In this document: piece after piece, positions 43,374 through 51,332 of the stretch
How positions within the stretch are numbered: the stretch's first letter is position 1
How the letters are laid out: each line of letters begins with the position of its first letter
DNA from: Gammaproteobacteria bacterium
GTDB taxonomy: Bacteria; Pseudomonadota; Gammaproteobacteria; Steroidobacterales; Rariloculaceae
Direction: 5' to 3'
Length of the DNA stretch: 64,000 nucleotides
Assembly: GCA_035644475.1 (NCBI GenBank)
Contig: DASQOL010000018.1
Span: 15,495-79,494, forward strand
Translations under genes and position numbers: made by a program
The notes under the pieces: model-generated
Database searches by the model: none
Told to the model about the DNA's origin: nothing
What the model saw: the letters and a program-made list of their open reading frames with translations, nothing else

Positions 43374-44070
43374 TGCCCGCTCTCCGCATCTGGCCGATGT
43401 TCTCGGTAACGACGCGCCCGTCGAGCATGTTCACGATTCGGCGCGCGTACTCGGCGTGGCTCCGCGAGTGCGTGACCATGATGACGGTCGTGCCCTCCTC
43501 GTTGAGCTTGACGAGCATGTTCATGACCTCCTCGCCGTTCGTCGTGTCGAGATTGCCCGTGGGCTCGTCGGCGAGTATCAGCTTCGGGGCCACGACCAGC
43601 GCACGCGCCACGGCGACGCGCTGCTGCTGACCGCCGGACAATTGCGTCGGCACATGGTTGCGGCGCGCGCTGATGCCGACCCTTTCCAGCACCGCGTCCA
43701 CGCGCCGTTTGCGTTCGGCCGCGGGCAACCGTTGATAGACGAGCGGCAGCTCCACGTTCGCGAACACCGTTAGCTCGTCGATGAGATTGAAGCTCTGGAA
43801 GATGAAGCCGATGTTGCGCTTGCGCAGCTGCGCGAGCTTGCGCTCCGGATACTTGGCGACGTCCTCGTCCATGAAGAAGTAGCGGCCGCTCGACGGGTTG
43901 TCGAGCATCCCGATGATGTTGAGCAGCGTCGACTTGCCGCAGCCCGACGGGCCCATGATCGCGGTGAACTCGCCCGCCGCGATCCCGAGGTCGACGTCGT
44001 TGAGCGCCGCGGTCTCGACCTCGGTGGTGCGAAACACCTTCGACAAGCTCTGCATGACCAGCATCGGCAT
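43366..44070 (-). CDS. ABC transporter ATP-binding protein, MacB/LolD family
   Basis: Walker A GPSGCGKST, Q-loop FIFQSFNL, signature LSGGQQQRVAVARAL, Walker B LILADEPTGNLD, H-loop VTHS. ATG 44064 has better SD spacing (GAGAGG) than ATG 44070. Confidence 0.92.
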   Translation of the reverse strand: MPMLVMQSLSKVFRTTEVETAALNDVDLGIAAGEFTAIMGPSGCGKSTLLNIIGMLDNPSSGRYFFMDEDVAKYPERKLAQLRKRNIGFIFQSFNLIDELTVFANVELPLVYQRLPAAERKRRVDAVLERVGISARRNHVPTQLSGGQQQRVAVARALVVAPKLILADEPTGNLDTTNGEEVMNMLVKLNEEGTTVIMVTHSRSHAEYARRIVNMLDGRVVTENIGQMRRAGNA

Positions 44071-44207
44071 CCTCTCGCGCCACGCGCGCCGCTAACGTTA
44101 ACCGCTCGGCTCGTCCGAACGCGCGGCCCGCCCGCCGAGCCGGGACTCTGGGGAGACTCGAGGCTCGCGACTATCGACGAGACGAGCGGCCCGCGCGCCC
44201 GTTACAT

Positions 44208-44223
44208 AGCAACTCGCGGGCCA
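44208..44223 (-). promoter_or_regulatory. Sigma-54 (-24/-12) promoter for the ABC operon
   Basis: Minus strand reads TTGGCCCGCGAGTTGCT (TGGCCC-N5-TTGCT). It has one core mismatch and correct GG-N10-GC spacing, about 140 nt upstream of the ATPase start. Confidence 0.6.
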
Positions 44224-44312
44224 ACCCGCGAATGCCTGCGAACTCAATGAGTTGGGATTCCCGCTGGGCCCGGTAGGTGTCCGCAGATAGCACACTCAGT
44301 GTCCGCCGGCGT

Positions 44313-44342
44313 ACACTCGAACACACTCGAACGCACTCGAAT
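44313..44342. promoter_or_regulatory. Three tandem 10-bp direct repeats (ACACTCGAAC, ACACTCGAAC, GCACTCGAAT); candidate activator-binding or operator site
   Basis: The repeats are exactly helical-phased and lie in the divergent intergenic region. A degenerate fourth copy, CACACTCAGT, is at 44291-44300. They sit 90-120 bp upstream of the 44208-44223 sigma-54 promoter and 14 nt upstream of the regulator ATG. Confidence 0.5.
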
Positions 44343-44355
44343 CCAAGTGCCTGAC

Positions 44356-45729
44356 ATGACGCGCTCCGGCCGAATTCTCGTCATCGACGACGACGTGGGC
44401 GTGCTCACCGCCGCCCGCCTGCTGCTCAAGCGGCACTTCGCCGTGGTGCAGACCGAGTCGGACCCGACCAAGCTGCCGGACCTCCTCGACGCCGGCTTCG
44501 ACGTCGTTCTGCTCGACATGAACTTCGCGCGCGGCGCCGACAGCGGCGCGGAAGGTCTCGCGTGGCTCGCCAAGATCCTCGAGATCGATCCCGGCATCGT
44601 CGTGGTATTGATGACCGCGTACGGCGACGTGTCGACGGCCGTCAACGCCATCAAGGCGGGCGCCACCGACTTCGTGCTGAAGCCCTGGCAGAACGAGAAG
44701 CTCGTGGCCACCGTTACCGCCGCGCTGAGCCTGCGCGACTCGCGCGACGAGGTCGGGCGGCTGCGCTCCCGCGAGCGCGAGCTCGTCGACGCGGCGAGCG
44801 GCGCGGTGCAGCCCGTGATCGGCAACGCGGCCCCGATGCGCCACGTGTTCGAGATGGTGCGCCGCGCGGCGCCCACCGACGCCAACGTTCTCATCCTGGG
44901 CGAGAGCGGTGTCGGCAAGGAGCTCGTCGCGCGCCTGCTCCACCAACAGTCGCGGCGCGCGGCCGAGGTCTTCATGTCGGTCGACCTGGGCTCCGTGAGC
45001 CAAACGTTGTTCGAGAGCGAGCTGTTCGGCCACCGTCGCGGCGCGTTCACCGACGCGCGCGAGGAGCGCGCCGGCCGCTTCCAGGCCGCGTCCCGCGGCA
45101 CGCTGTTCCTCGACGAGATCGGTAATCTGCCCCTGCATCTGCAGGGCAAGCTCCTCTCCGCGCTCGAGCAGCGCACCGTGACGCCGCTCGGCAGCGACCG
45201 CGCGTTGCCGATCGACGTGCGGCTCGTGAGCGCCACCAACAAGCCGCTTGCCGCGCTCGCGGGCACAGGCGAGTTCCGCGAGGACCTGCTCTACCGAATC
45301 AACACGGTGGAGATTCGGGTCCCGCCGCTCCGCGAGCGCGTCGAGGACATCGCGCCGCTGTTCGACCACTTCGTCGAGATCTACGCGCGCAAGTACAACC
45401 TGCCGCCGAAGCGCCTGTCACGCGTCGGGCTCAAGCGGCTCGAGGCGTACGCGTGGCCCGGCAACGTGCGCGAGCTGCGGCACGCGGTCGAGCGCGCGCT
45501 CATCATGAGCGACGCACCGATGCTCGACGCACACGACTTCCTGCTCGCGCCCGAGCGCCGCAGCGGCGGCGACGGGCTCAAGCTCGACGACTACAACCTC
45601 GAGACGGTCGAGAACCGCGTGATCCAGGCGGCGCTCGAAAAGCACGGCGGCAACGTGAGCCGCGCCGCGCGCGAGCTCGGCATCACGCGTGCGTCGTTGT
45701 ATCGGCGCATGGAAAAGTATGGGCTATAA
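44356..45729 (+). CDS. Sigma-54-dependent response regulator (NtrC family: REC, AAA+, Fis-HTH)
   Basis: REC ILVIDDDVGVL...VVLLDMNF. AAA+ Walker A GESGVGKE, sigma-54 contact loop GAFTDA, RVPPLRER. HTH GGNVSRAARELGITRASLYRRMEKYGL. ATG 44356 is preferred over the listed GTG 44299. Confidence 0.92.
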   Translation: MTRSGRILVIDDDVGVLTAARLLLKRHFAVVQTESDPTKLPDLLDAGFDVVLLDMNFARGADSGAEGLAWLAKILEIDPGIVVVLMTAYGDVSTAVNAIKAGATDFVLKPWQNEKLVATVTAALSLRDSRDEVGRLRSRERELVDAASGAVQPVIGNAAPMRHVFEMVRRAAPTDANVLILGESGVGKELVARLLHQQSRRAAEVFMSVDLGSVSQTLFESELFGHRRGAFTDAREERAGRFQAASRGTLFLDEIGNLPLHLQGKLLSALEQRTVTPLGSDRALPIDVRLVSATNKPLAALAGTGEFREDLLYRINTVEIRVPPLRERVEDIAPLFDHFVEIYARKYNLPPKRLSRVGLKRLEAYAWPGNVRELRHAVERALIMSDAPMLDAHDFLLAPERRSGGDGLKLDDYNLETVENRVIQAALEKHGGNVSRAARELGITRASLYRRMEKYGL

Positions 45730-47068
45730 CCGCTTTGCGCTCACCGTGACGGCTCAGGTCGCGCTGATACTCGGCGTGTGCGTCGCGTTTGCCTATCTCG
45801 CGGTTACGACGACCTACTATGCTACTTTGCTGCTGCTGGCCGTGGCGCTCACGGTGCAAGTGGCGTCGCTCGTGCGCTACGTGCAACGAACCAACCGCGA
45901 GCTCGCGCGCTTCATGCTCGCGATTCGCCATTCGGACTTCTCGCAGAGCTTCGCCTTCGCCCCAACGGGGACGTCGTTCGCCGAGCTCGCGGCCGCGTTC
46001 GAGGAGATCCTGCAGCGATTTCGCGCGGCGCGCACGGCGAAGGAGGAGCAGGCGAGCTACCTCGACACCTTCGTCCAGCACGTGCCGGTCGCCGTGATCG
46101 CGATCGACGAGTCCGGGCGCATCGACCAGTTCAACCACGCGGCGCGGCGTCTGTTCGGCGCCGGCGCGCCGCGGCTGCTCCAAGACTTCGCGGGCTTCGG
46201 CCCCGAATTCCCGCGGCGGCTCCTCGAGCTCGAGCCGGGCCGCACGGAGCTCATCAAAGTGACGCGCGACGGCACGCCGCTGCAGCTCAACGTCCTCGCC
46301 ACCGAGCTCAAGATCGCCGGCCGCACGCACAAGATCGTGTCGCTGCTCGACATCCACGGCGAGCTCGAGGCGCGCGAGGTGGAGGCGTGGCAGAACCTGA
46401 TCCGCGTGCTCACCCACGAGATCATGAATTCCGCCACGCCGATCTCCTCACTCGCCGCGACGGCGGCGGAGCTGCTTGCCGAGGCCCGCACCCATCCGGG
46501 CCAAACGAGCGCGATCGACGACGCGCAGGACGCGGTGGAGACGATCGCGAAGCGCAGCAGCGGCCTCGTGCACTTCGTGGACAGCTACCGCCGGCTCACG
46601 CGGCTGCCGAAGCCGTCGCTGCGGCCGTGCGCGGCGGCCGAGCTGCTCGACCGTGTGGCGCAGCTGATGCAACCCGAGCTCGCGCGCCGGGGCATCGCGC
46701 TCGCGCAGTCCGTGACGCCGCGCAATCTCGAGATCAACGTGGACGCCGAGCTGCTGGAGCAGGTATTGATCAACCTGCTGCGCAACTCGATCGACGCGCT
46801 AGGCGAGACCGCGCGGCCGCAGATCCGGCTTGCGGCGGAGATCGACACCGCGGGTCACGCGGTCATCGCGGTGCACGACAACGGTCAGGGCATGGACGAG
46901 CAGGTCCGCCAGAACATCTTCGTACCGTTCTTCACCACCAAGCGCCACGGCACCGGCGTGGGCTTGAGTCTCGTGCGGCAGATCATGCGCTCGCACCGCG
47001 GCAGCGTCGGCGTGCAATCCGCGCCCGGCGAGGGCACGGCCGTGCGCCTCAGCTTCGGCACCCGCTAA
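45719..47068 (+). CDS. Sensor histidine kinase (2 TM, PAS-like, HisKA, HATPase_c)
   Basis: ATG 45719 overlaps the regulator stop by 11 nt. H-box LTHEIMNSATPISSL, N-box LINLLRNSIDAL, G1 VHDNGQGM, G2 GTGVGLSLVRQI. Confidence 0.9.
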   Translation: MGYNRFALTVTAQVALILGVCVAFAYLAVTTTYYATLLLLAVALTVQVASLVRYVQRTNRELARFMLAIRHSDFSQSFAFAPTGTSFAELAAAFEEILQRFRAARTAKEEQASYLDTFVQHVPVAVIAIDESGRIDQFNHAARRLFGAGAPRLLQDFAGFGPEFPRRLLELEPGRTELIKVTRDGTPLQLNVLATELKIAGRTHKIVSLLDIHGELEAREVEAWQNLIRVLTHEIMNSATPISSLAATAAELLAEARTHPGQTSAIDDAQDAVETIAKRSSGLVHFVDSYRRLTRLPKPSLRPCAAAELLDRVAQLMQPELARRGIALAQSVTPRNLEINVDAELLEQVLINLLRNSIDALGETARPQIRLAAEIDTAGHAVIAVHDNGQGMDEQVRQNIFVPFFTTKRHGTGVGLSLVRQIMRSHRGSVGVQSAPGEGTAVRLSFGTR

Positions 47069-47150
47069 ATTAGGGACATGCTGCTTTTTCGCTGATGGGC
47101 GGTGGGCATCCACGACCGTAGCTACGAAAAAGCAGCATGTCCCTAATTTA
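47066..47150. repeat. GGGACATGyTGC-core inverted repeat element, copy B
   Basis: Perfect 26-bp arms TAAATTAGGGACATGCTGCTTTTTCG at 47066-47091 and 47125-47150, with a 33-nt loop. The arms contain the stop codons of both convergent genes. Confidence 0.85.
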
Positions 47151-47676
47151 GCCAGAAGCGCATGACGACGGCGGTGCCCACCATCGCGAAGCCGAGCGCG
47201 AGCTTTGCCGCCGTGCCGAGCGCGAGGCCGATCGTGGCGCCCACGCCGGCGCGGCCGGCGGCGGCGAGGTCGCGGCGCACCGTGAGCTCGCCGATCACCG
47301 CGCCCACGAACGGGCCGAGCAGCACGCCCGGAATCCCGAAGAACAGCCCCACGATCGCACCGATCGTGGCGCCGAGCACCGCACGGCTCGACGCGCCGTA
47401 GCGGCGCGCGCCGAACGCGCTCGCCACGAAGTCGACCGCCACGGCGAGCACCATCAGCAGCAGGATCACCGACAGAGTGCCCATGCCGATGTAAGCGAAG
47501 CGATCGATCCATGCGGCGACGAGGATGCCGATGAACAAAAGCGGCGCGCCGGGCAGCACGGGCAACACGAGACCCGCGAGGCCGACGGCCACCAGCACAC
47601 CGGAGAGAGTCCAGAGACCGATCGTCGCAAGGTCCAACGCGTCGCTCCGTCGCGCGGGTTTTGACCGCGCTCCCAA
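47143..47676 (-). CDS. DUF456-family membrane protein
   Basis: GLAGLVLPVLPGAPLLFIGILVAAW...FGARRYGAS...LGPFVGAVIGEL is the DUF456 pattern. Confidence 0.75.
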   Translation of the reverse strand: MGARSKPARRSDALDLATIGLWTLSGVLVAVGLAGLVLPVLPGAPLLFIGILVAAWIDRFAYIGMGTLSVILLLMVLAVAVDFVASAFGARRYGASSRAVLGATIGAIVGLFFGIPGVLLGPFVGAVIGELTVRRDLAAAGRAGVGATIGLALGTAAKLALGFAMVGTAVVMRFWLN

Positions 47677-47727
47677 GTCGCGCCTAATCTAGTCGCGGCG
47701 CGCCGATCGCGCCAGGAGCAGCCCGCA

Positions 47728-48090
47728 ATGAAAGACTTCATCGTCCACGTCGTGGTGTCCGCGCTCCTGCTCGTGCTGGTCGACTACTTGCTCGACGGCT
47801 TCGCGATCGCGGGATTCGGCCACGCGCTCATCGCCGCGCTCGTGCTCGGTATCGTCAACACCATCGTGCGGCCGGTGCTCCTGCTCGTGACGCTGCCGAT
47901 CACGATCGTCACGCTCGGCCTGTTCCTGTTCGTGATCAACGCGCTGATGCTGCTGCTTGCGGCCGCGGTTGTGCCGGGCTTCGCGATCGACGGCTTCGGC
48001 ACGGCTCTGCTGGCCGCGCTGCTCCTCGCGTTGTTCAACCTCGTCGCTAGCTCGGTGCTGCATCCGCGGCGGGGCGGAGGCCCGCGATGA
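47728..48090 (+). CDS. DUF360 / phage-holin-4-like small membrane protein
   Basis: 120 aa with 4 TM segments. LVLGIVNTIVRPVLLLVTLPITIVTLGLFLFVINALML is the PF04020-type signature. Confidence 0.7.
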   Translation: MKDFIVHVVVSALLLVLVDYLLDGFAIAGFGHALIAALVLGIVNTIVRPVLLLVTLPITIVTLGLFLFVINALMLLLAAAVVPGFAIDGFGTALLAALLLALFNLVASSVLHPRRGGGPR

Positions 48091-49097
48091 AGATCGCGGT
48101 CTTCGGCGTGGGCGGCGTCGGCGGCTATTTCGGCGCGCGGCTCGCGGAGTCCGGCGAGGACGTGGCGTTCATCGCCCGCGGGCCGCACCTCGACGCGATC
48201 CGCGAGCGCGGCCTGCGCGTCGACAGCGTGCTCGGCGACATGCGAATCGAGCCCGCACGCGCGAGCGACTCGCCGGTGGACATCGGGCCCGTCGACGCCG
48301 TGCTGCTCGGTGTGAAGACCTGGCAAGTCGCGTCCGTGGCGCCGAGCCTGAAGCCGCTGCTCGGCCCGGAAACGTTCGTCGTGCCGCTGCAGAACGGCGT
48401 CGAGGCGGCGGCGGTGCTCGCGGCCGAGCTTGGCGTCGAGCAGGTCGTCGGGGGCCTGTGCGGCGGATTCTGCTTCGTGGTCGGGCCGGGCCACATCAAG
48501 CACATCGGCGGCGCCACGTTCGTGAAATTCGGCGAGCTGCTTGCCGGGATTGCAGGAGCAAATCCCCGGCCGACCGCCATGGATGGCGGGAGTGCCGGGA
48601 TTGCAGGAGCAAATCCCCGGCCGAGCGCGCGCGTCGAGCGGTTGCGGGCGGCGTTCGCCCGTGCGCGCGTCGACGTCGAGGTGCCGCCCGACATCCGCGT
48701 GGCGCTGTGGATGAAGCTCATGCTCGTCGTGCCGTTCGGCAGCGTGGGCGCCGTGGCTCGTGCCCCGATCGGCGTGCTGCTCACTACTCCGGAGACGCGC
48801 GACCTCGTCGAGCGCGGGATGGAAGAGATCGCCGCCGTCGCGCGCGCCGAAGGCGCGTCGTTGCCGGCGGACGCCGTCGCCAAGACCCTCGCTCTGCTGG
48901 ACGGGGTGACGCCGAGCGGCACGGCGTCGATGCAGCGCGACATCGCCGCCGGCAAACGCTCCGAGCTCGACGAGTGGACCGGCGCCGTCGCCCGGCTCGG
49001 CGCGAAGCACGGCGTGCCGACGCCCGTCCACTCCTTCATATACGCGAGCCTGCTGCCGCTAGAGCAGCGCGCCCGCGGCGAGATCGCGTTCGACTAG
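48087..49097 (+). CDS. panE: 2-dehydropantoate 2-reductase (ApbA/PanE family) carrying an in-frame repeat insertion
   Basis: MKIAVFGVGGVGGYFGARLAESGEDVAFIARG (Rossmann GxGxxG), plus later family motifs (VPLQNGV, MQRDIAAGKRSELD). ATGA overlap with the upstream gene. Contains LAGIAGANPRPTAMDGGSAGIAGANPRPS, encoded by the repeat at 48542-48624. Confidence 0.85.
   Translation: MKIAVFGVGGVGGYFGARLAESGEDVAFIARGPHLDAIRERGLRVDSVLGDMRIEPARASDSPVDIGPVDAVLLGVKTWQVASVAPSLKPLLGPETFVVPLQNGVEAAAVLAAELGVEQVVGGLCGGFCFVVGPGHIKHIGGATFVKFGELLAGIAGANPRPTAMDGGSAGIAGANPRPSARVERLRAAFARARVDVEVPPDIRVALWMKLMLVVPFGSVGAVARAPIGVLLTTPETRDLVERGMEEIAAVARAEGASLPADAVAKTLALLDGVTPSGTASMQRDIAAGKRSELDEWTGAVARLGAKHGVPTPVHSFIYASLLPLEQRARGEIAFD
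48542..48624. repeat. Direct duplication of a 32-bp hairpin-forming unit (51-bp period) inside panE
   Basis: TGCCGGGATTGCAGGAGCAAATCCCCGGCCGA occurs at 48542-48573 and again, perfectly, at 48593-48624. The copies are separated by the near-palindrome CCGCCATGGATGGCGGGAG. Each unit can fold (CCGGGATT...AATCCCCGG). Confidence 0.85.
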
Positions 49098-49117
49098 CCG
49101 GAAAAATAGGGGACAGG

Positions 49118-49702
49118 TTAGTTGAGGTCGGGGGTCTGCAAGGCCGGGGCGTGCCACGCCTTGTCGCGCACGTGCGTGCGCGATTTGATCCGCCAGCCCT
49201 GCGGCGTCCGCACGTAGACGTCCTCGTAGCCGCCGTGCCGGTCGACGGTGCCGGGGCCGCGCATGCCGAGCTGCACGAGGTAGACGCGGCCGGTCGCGCC
49301 GTCCGGCGTCGCCGTGATCTCGTGGTTCAGCATCAAGTGGCTCCAGTCGGTCCAAACGAGCTTCGTCTTGCAGCCCTTCGAACCGCCGCCGACGAGCTCG
49401 GCGAGCGCGTCGCGACCCTTCGCGAGCACACGGCCACCGGCCGCGAAACCGGCGTCGGAGTTCTTGTCGATGAACACGCCGTCCTCGGTGAACACGTTCG
49501 CGTAGTCGTAACCGTTGTTCGCGCAGGTGTCGATGCCGTACGCGTAGCGGTTGATGAGCTGCGTGATCTGCGCGTAGTCGAGCGCGGTGAGCTCGGCGCC
49601 GGCGGCCTTCGCCGTGCCTACGCCGAGACCGCCGCGGCCCGCGACGAACGCGAGCCCGACCAGCGCGGCGACACCGATGACCGACGAGATTCTTAGGATC
49701 AT
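49118..49702 (-). CDS. SnoaL-like / NTF2-fold protein, secreted
   Basis: ATG 49702 follows GGGAGA. Signal peptide MILRISSVIGVAALVGLAFVAG. DYAQITQLINRYAYGIDTC...DGVF...HLMLNHEI...GGYEDVYVRTPQGWRI is the SnoaL_4 pattern. Confidence 0.7.
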   Translation of the reverse strand: MILRISSVIGVAALVGLAFVAGRGGLGVGTAKAAGAELTALDYAQITQLINRYAYGIDTCANNGYDYANVFTEDGVFIDKNSDAGFAAGGRVLAKGRDALAELVGGGSKGCKTKLVWTDWSHLMLNHEITATPDGATGRVYLVQLGMRGPGTVDRHGGYEDVYVRTPQGWRIKSRTHVRDKAWHAPALQTPDLN

Positions 49703-49781
49703 GATGCGATCTCCCATGGACGCGGGCGGTGCGCCGGCATGCGCCCGCAGGCGCGCGCCGGCCTCTTGCAGCCGCGGACGA

Positions 49782-50486
49782 TCAATTGACGGCGAAGCAG
49801 TAGAAGAGGCCGTTGCCGCCCGTAGCCACCAGGTTCTGTTGGCCGCAGCCGCGCGACGCATGCGCTGCATTCCACGAGGTCGGATCGTCGCCGCCGCCCT
49901 GCCGGTCGTGATGGCCCAGTTGCGCGCTGCCCTCGGCCGCGCTGCTCGTCCAGTTCGAGCAGGTATGGTCCATGCCGTCGGTGAATGCCCTGCCGTTGCC
50001 CTGCGAGCCGGTGAGCATGTCGTGCGTGTTCGGATTGTCGCCGCGGCCGTTGACGACGGCGCCCTTCTCGGTCAACGAGCTCTCCTTGCCGAGCTTGTTG
50101 TTGGCGCTGTGCAAATCGTCGACGTTGGCGGCGACTTGCACGCCCTTCGCGTTGAACCACGGACCCTTGCCGATCCGATCGCGCGCGTTGACGGCCGGCT
50201 GGCCGTTCGCGGCGCTGGCGCTCAGGTACGCGTGCCAGGTCTTCGAGCCCTCGCCGGCCGTGGCGGCGAGCTTCTGGCATAGTGCGTCGGCGCCCGTGAG
50301 CCCGCCGAGCTTGGCGCCCTCGCCCGGGCCCGCGCTCGTGATGAAAAAGCTCATGCTCGTGTTTTGCGCGCTCGCGAAGACCGCGCAGAGCGCGGCAATC
50401 GCCACGCAACCGACCGCCACGGATGGCGGGTGTGCCGCAAACGCGGGACGCAGTTTGCAGCCGATCCACGACAGCGAAAATCTCAT
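49782..50486 (-). CDS. Secreted Cys-containing protein, DUF1554-like
   Basis: Signal peptide, then SFFITSAGPGEGAKLGGLTGADALCQKLAATAG...WHAYLSA, which resembles DUF1554 proteins from memory. The family assignment is uncertain. Confidence 0.5.
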   Translation of the reverse strand: MRFSLSWIGCKLRPAFAAHPPSVAVGCVAIAALCAVFASAQNTSMSFFITSAGPGEGAKLGGLTGADALCQKLAATAGEGSKTWHAYLSASAANGQPAVNARDRIGKGPWFNAKGVQVAANVDDLHSANNKLGKESSLTEKGAVVNGRGDNPNTHDMLTGSQGNGRAFTDGMDHTCSNWTSSAAEGSAQLGHHDRQGGGDDPTSWNAAHASRGCGQQNLVATGGNGLFYCFAVN

Positions 50487-50567
50487 GGGCCCCCCTCGTT
50501 TTGGTTGTGCTCGCGCCCACCCCGGCGGAGCTCCAGGGCAGTCTAACCGAACGGGCGCGCGGCCGGT

Positions 50568-51227
50568 CTACCCCTTGATGCGGTGCAGCGCGTCGACGAC
50601 GCGGTCATCGGTCCAGGTCGTGATCCGCCGCCAAACCGGCGGCTCGCCGCCGCACGCGCGCGTGACCATGATCGACGTGGAGGAGCGAGGAGCCGGCCGC
50701 GGCGTCTCGCGCGTGATGATGCCGGTCTGCGTGCGATACACGGAGTACAGATTCGCGGTGTCGATGTCGTGGTACACGGAGCTGCCGTAGGTCGCGTCGA
50801 CGAGGAAATTCCACGACCCGAGATCCCCCGCGAGATCGACGACGTCGACGGCCGTCTTGCCGCCGAGGTCGTGCGCTATGTTCGGCTCGCTGTTCTGCTC
50901 CGCGGCAGTGCGATAGCGCCCCTCGAGCCGGTCGAGCCGGTACTGGGCGTCGAGGCCGAGCAGCGTCGCCCAGCTCTTCCATTTCAAGAACTCCGCGTCG
51001 ATACGCCATTGGTCGCCGAACAGCGGCAACTCACGCTCGTCGCACCGGTCGCCGGTGCGCAGATGCGCAACGAACTGGCGACCGTTCGCCGGGTCGAACG
51101 TGAGCTCGGCGATCAGGGTTTCGTCAGTCAAGGCGTTGAACGTGTAGATCGACGCCGACAGAAGCATGATCGACAACACGGCCGCGACCACGAGTAGCAG
51201 CAGCGAGAGCTTGAGCAATCGGCGCAT
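50568..51227 (-). CDS. Hypothetical membrane-anchored protein
   Basis: 219 aa with an N-terminal anchor MRRLLKLSLLLLVVAAVLSIMLL. Codon usage is consistent with coding sequence. I do not recognise a family. Confidence 0.55.
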   Translation of the reverse strand: MRRLLKLSLLLLVVAAVLSIMLLSASIYTFNALTDETLIAELTFDPANGRQFVAHLRTGDRCDERELPLFGDQWRIDAEFLKWKSWATLLGLDAQYRLDRLEGRYRTAAEQNSEPNIAHDLGGKTAVDVVDLAGDLGSWNFLVDATYGSSVYHDIDTANLYSVYRTQTGIITRETPRPAPRSSTSIMVTRACGGEPPVWRRITTWTDDRVVDALHRIKG

Positions 51228-51332
51228 GCACTTAGGCTCCGTTGAACCCGCGAGAATCGTCCCCCAAGAGTCGTTAGATTCTCATGCCTCGTGCGAGAAT
51301 AGCATGCAGAAGCGCACATCCCGGACAAACCG

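Noticed and set aside
44299-44355. GTG 44299 as start of the sigma-54 activator
   Set aside because: The extra 19 codons are encoded by the 10-bp tandem repeats (HSNTLERTRIQ). Receiver domains normally begin a few residues before the ILVIDD strand. ATG 44356 gives MTRSGRILVIDDD.
51228-51332. 7-bp inverted repeat GAGAATC-N18-GATTCTC between divergent genes as an operator
   Set aside because: It is short and single-copy, with no adjacent regulator gene. It could occur by chance, so it is not reported as a feature.
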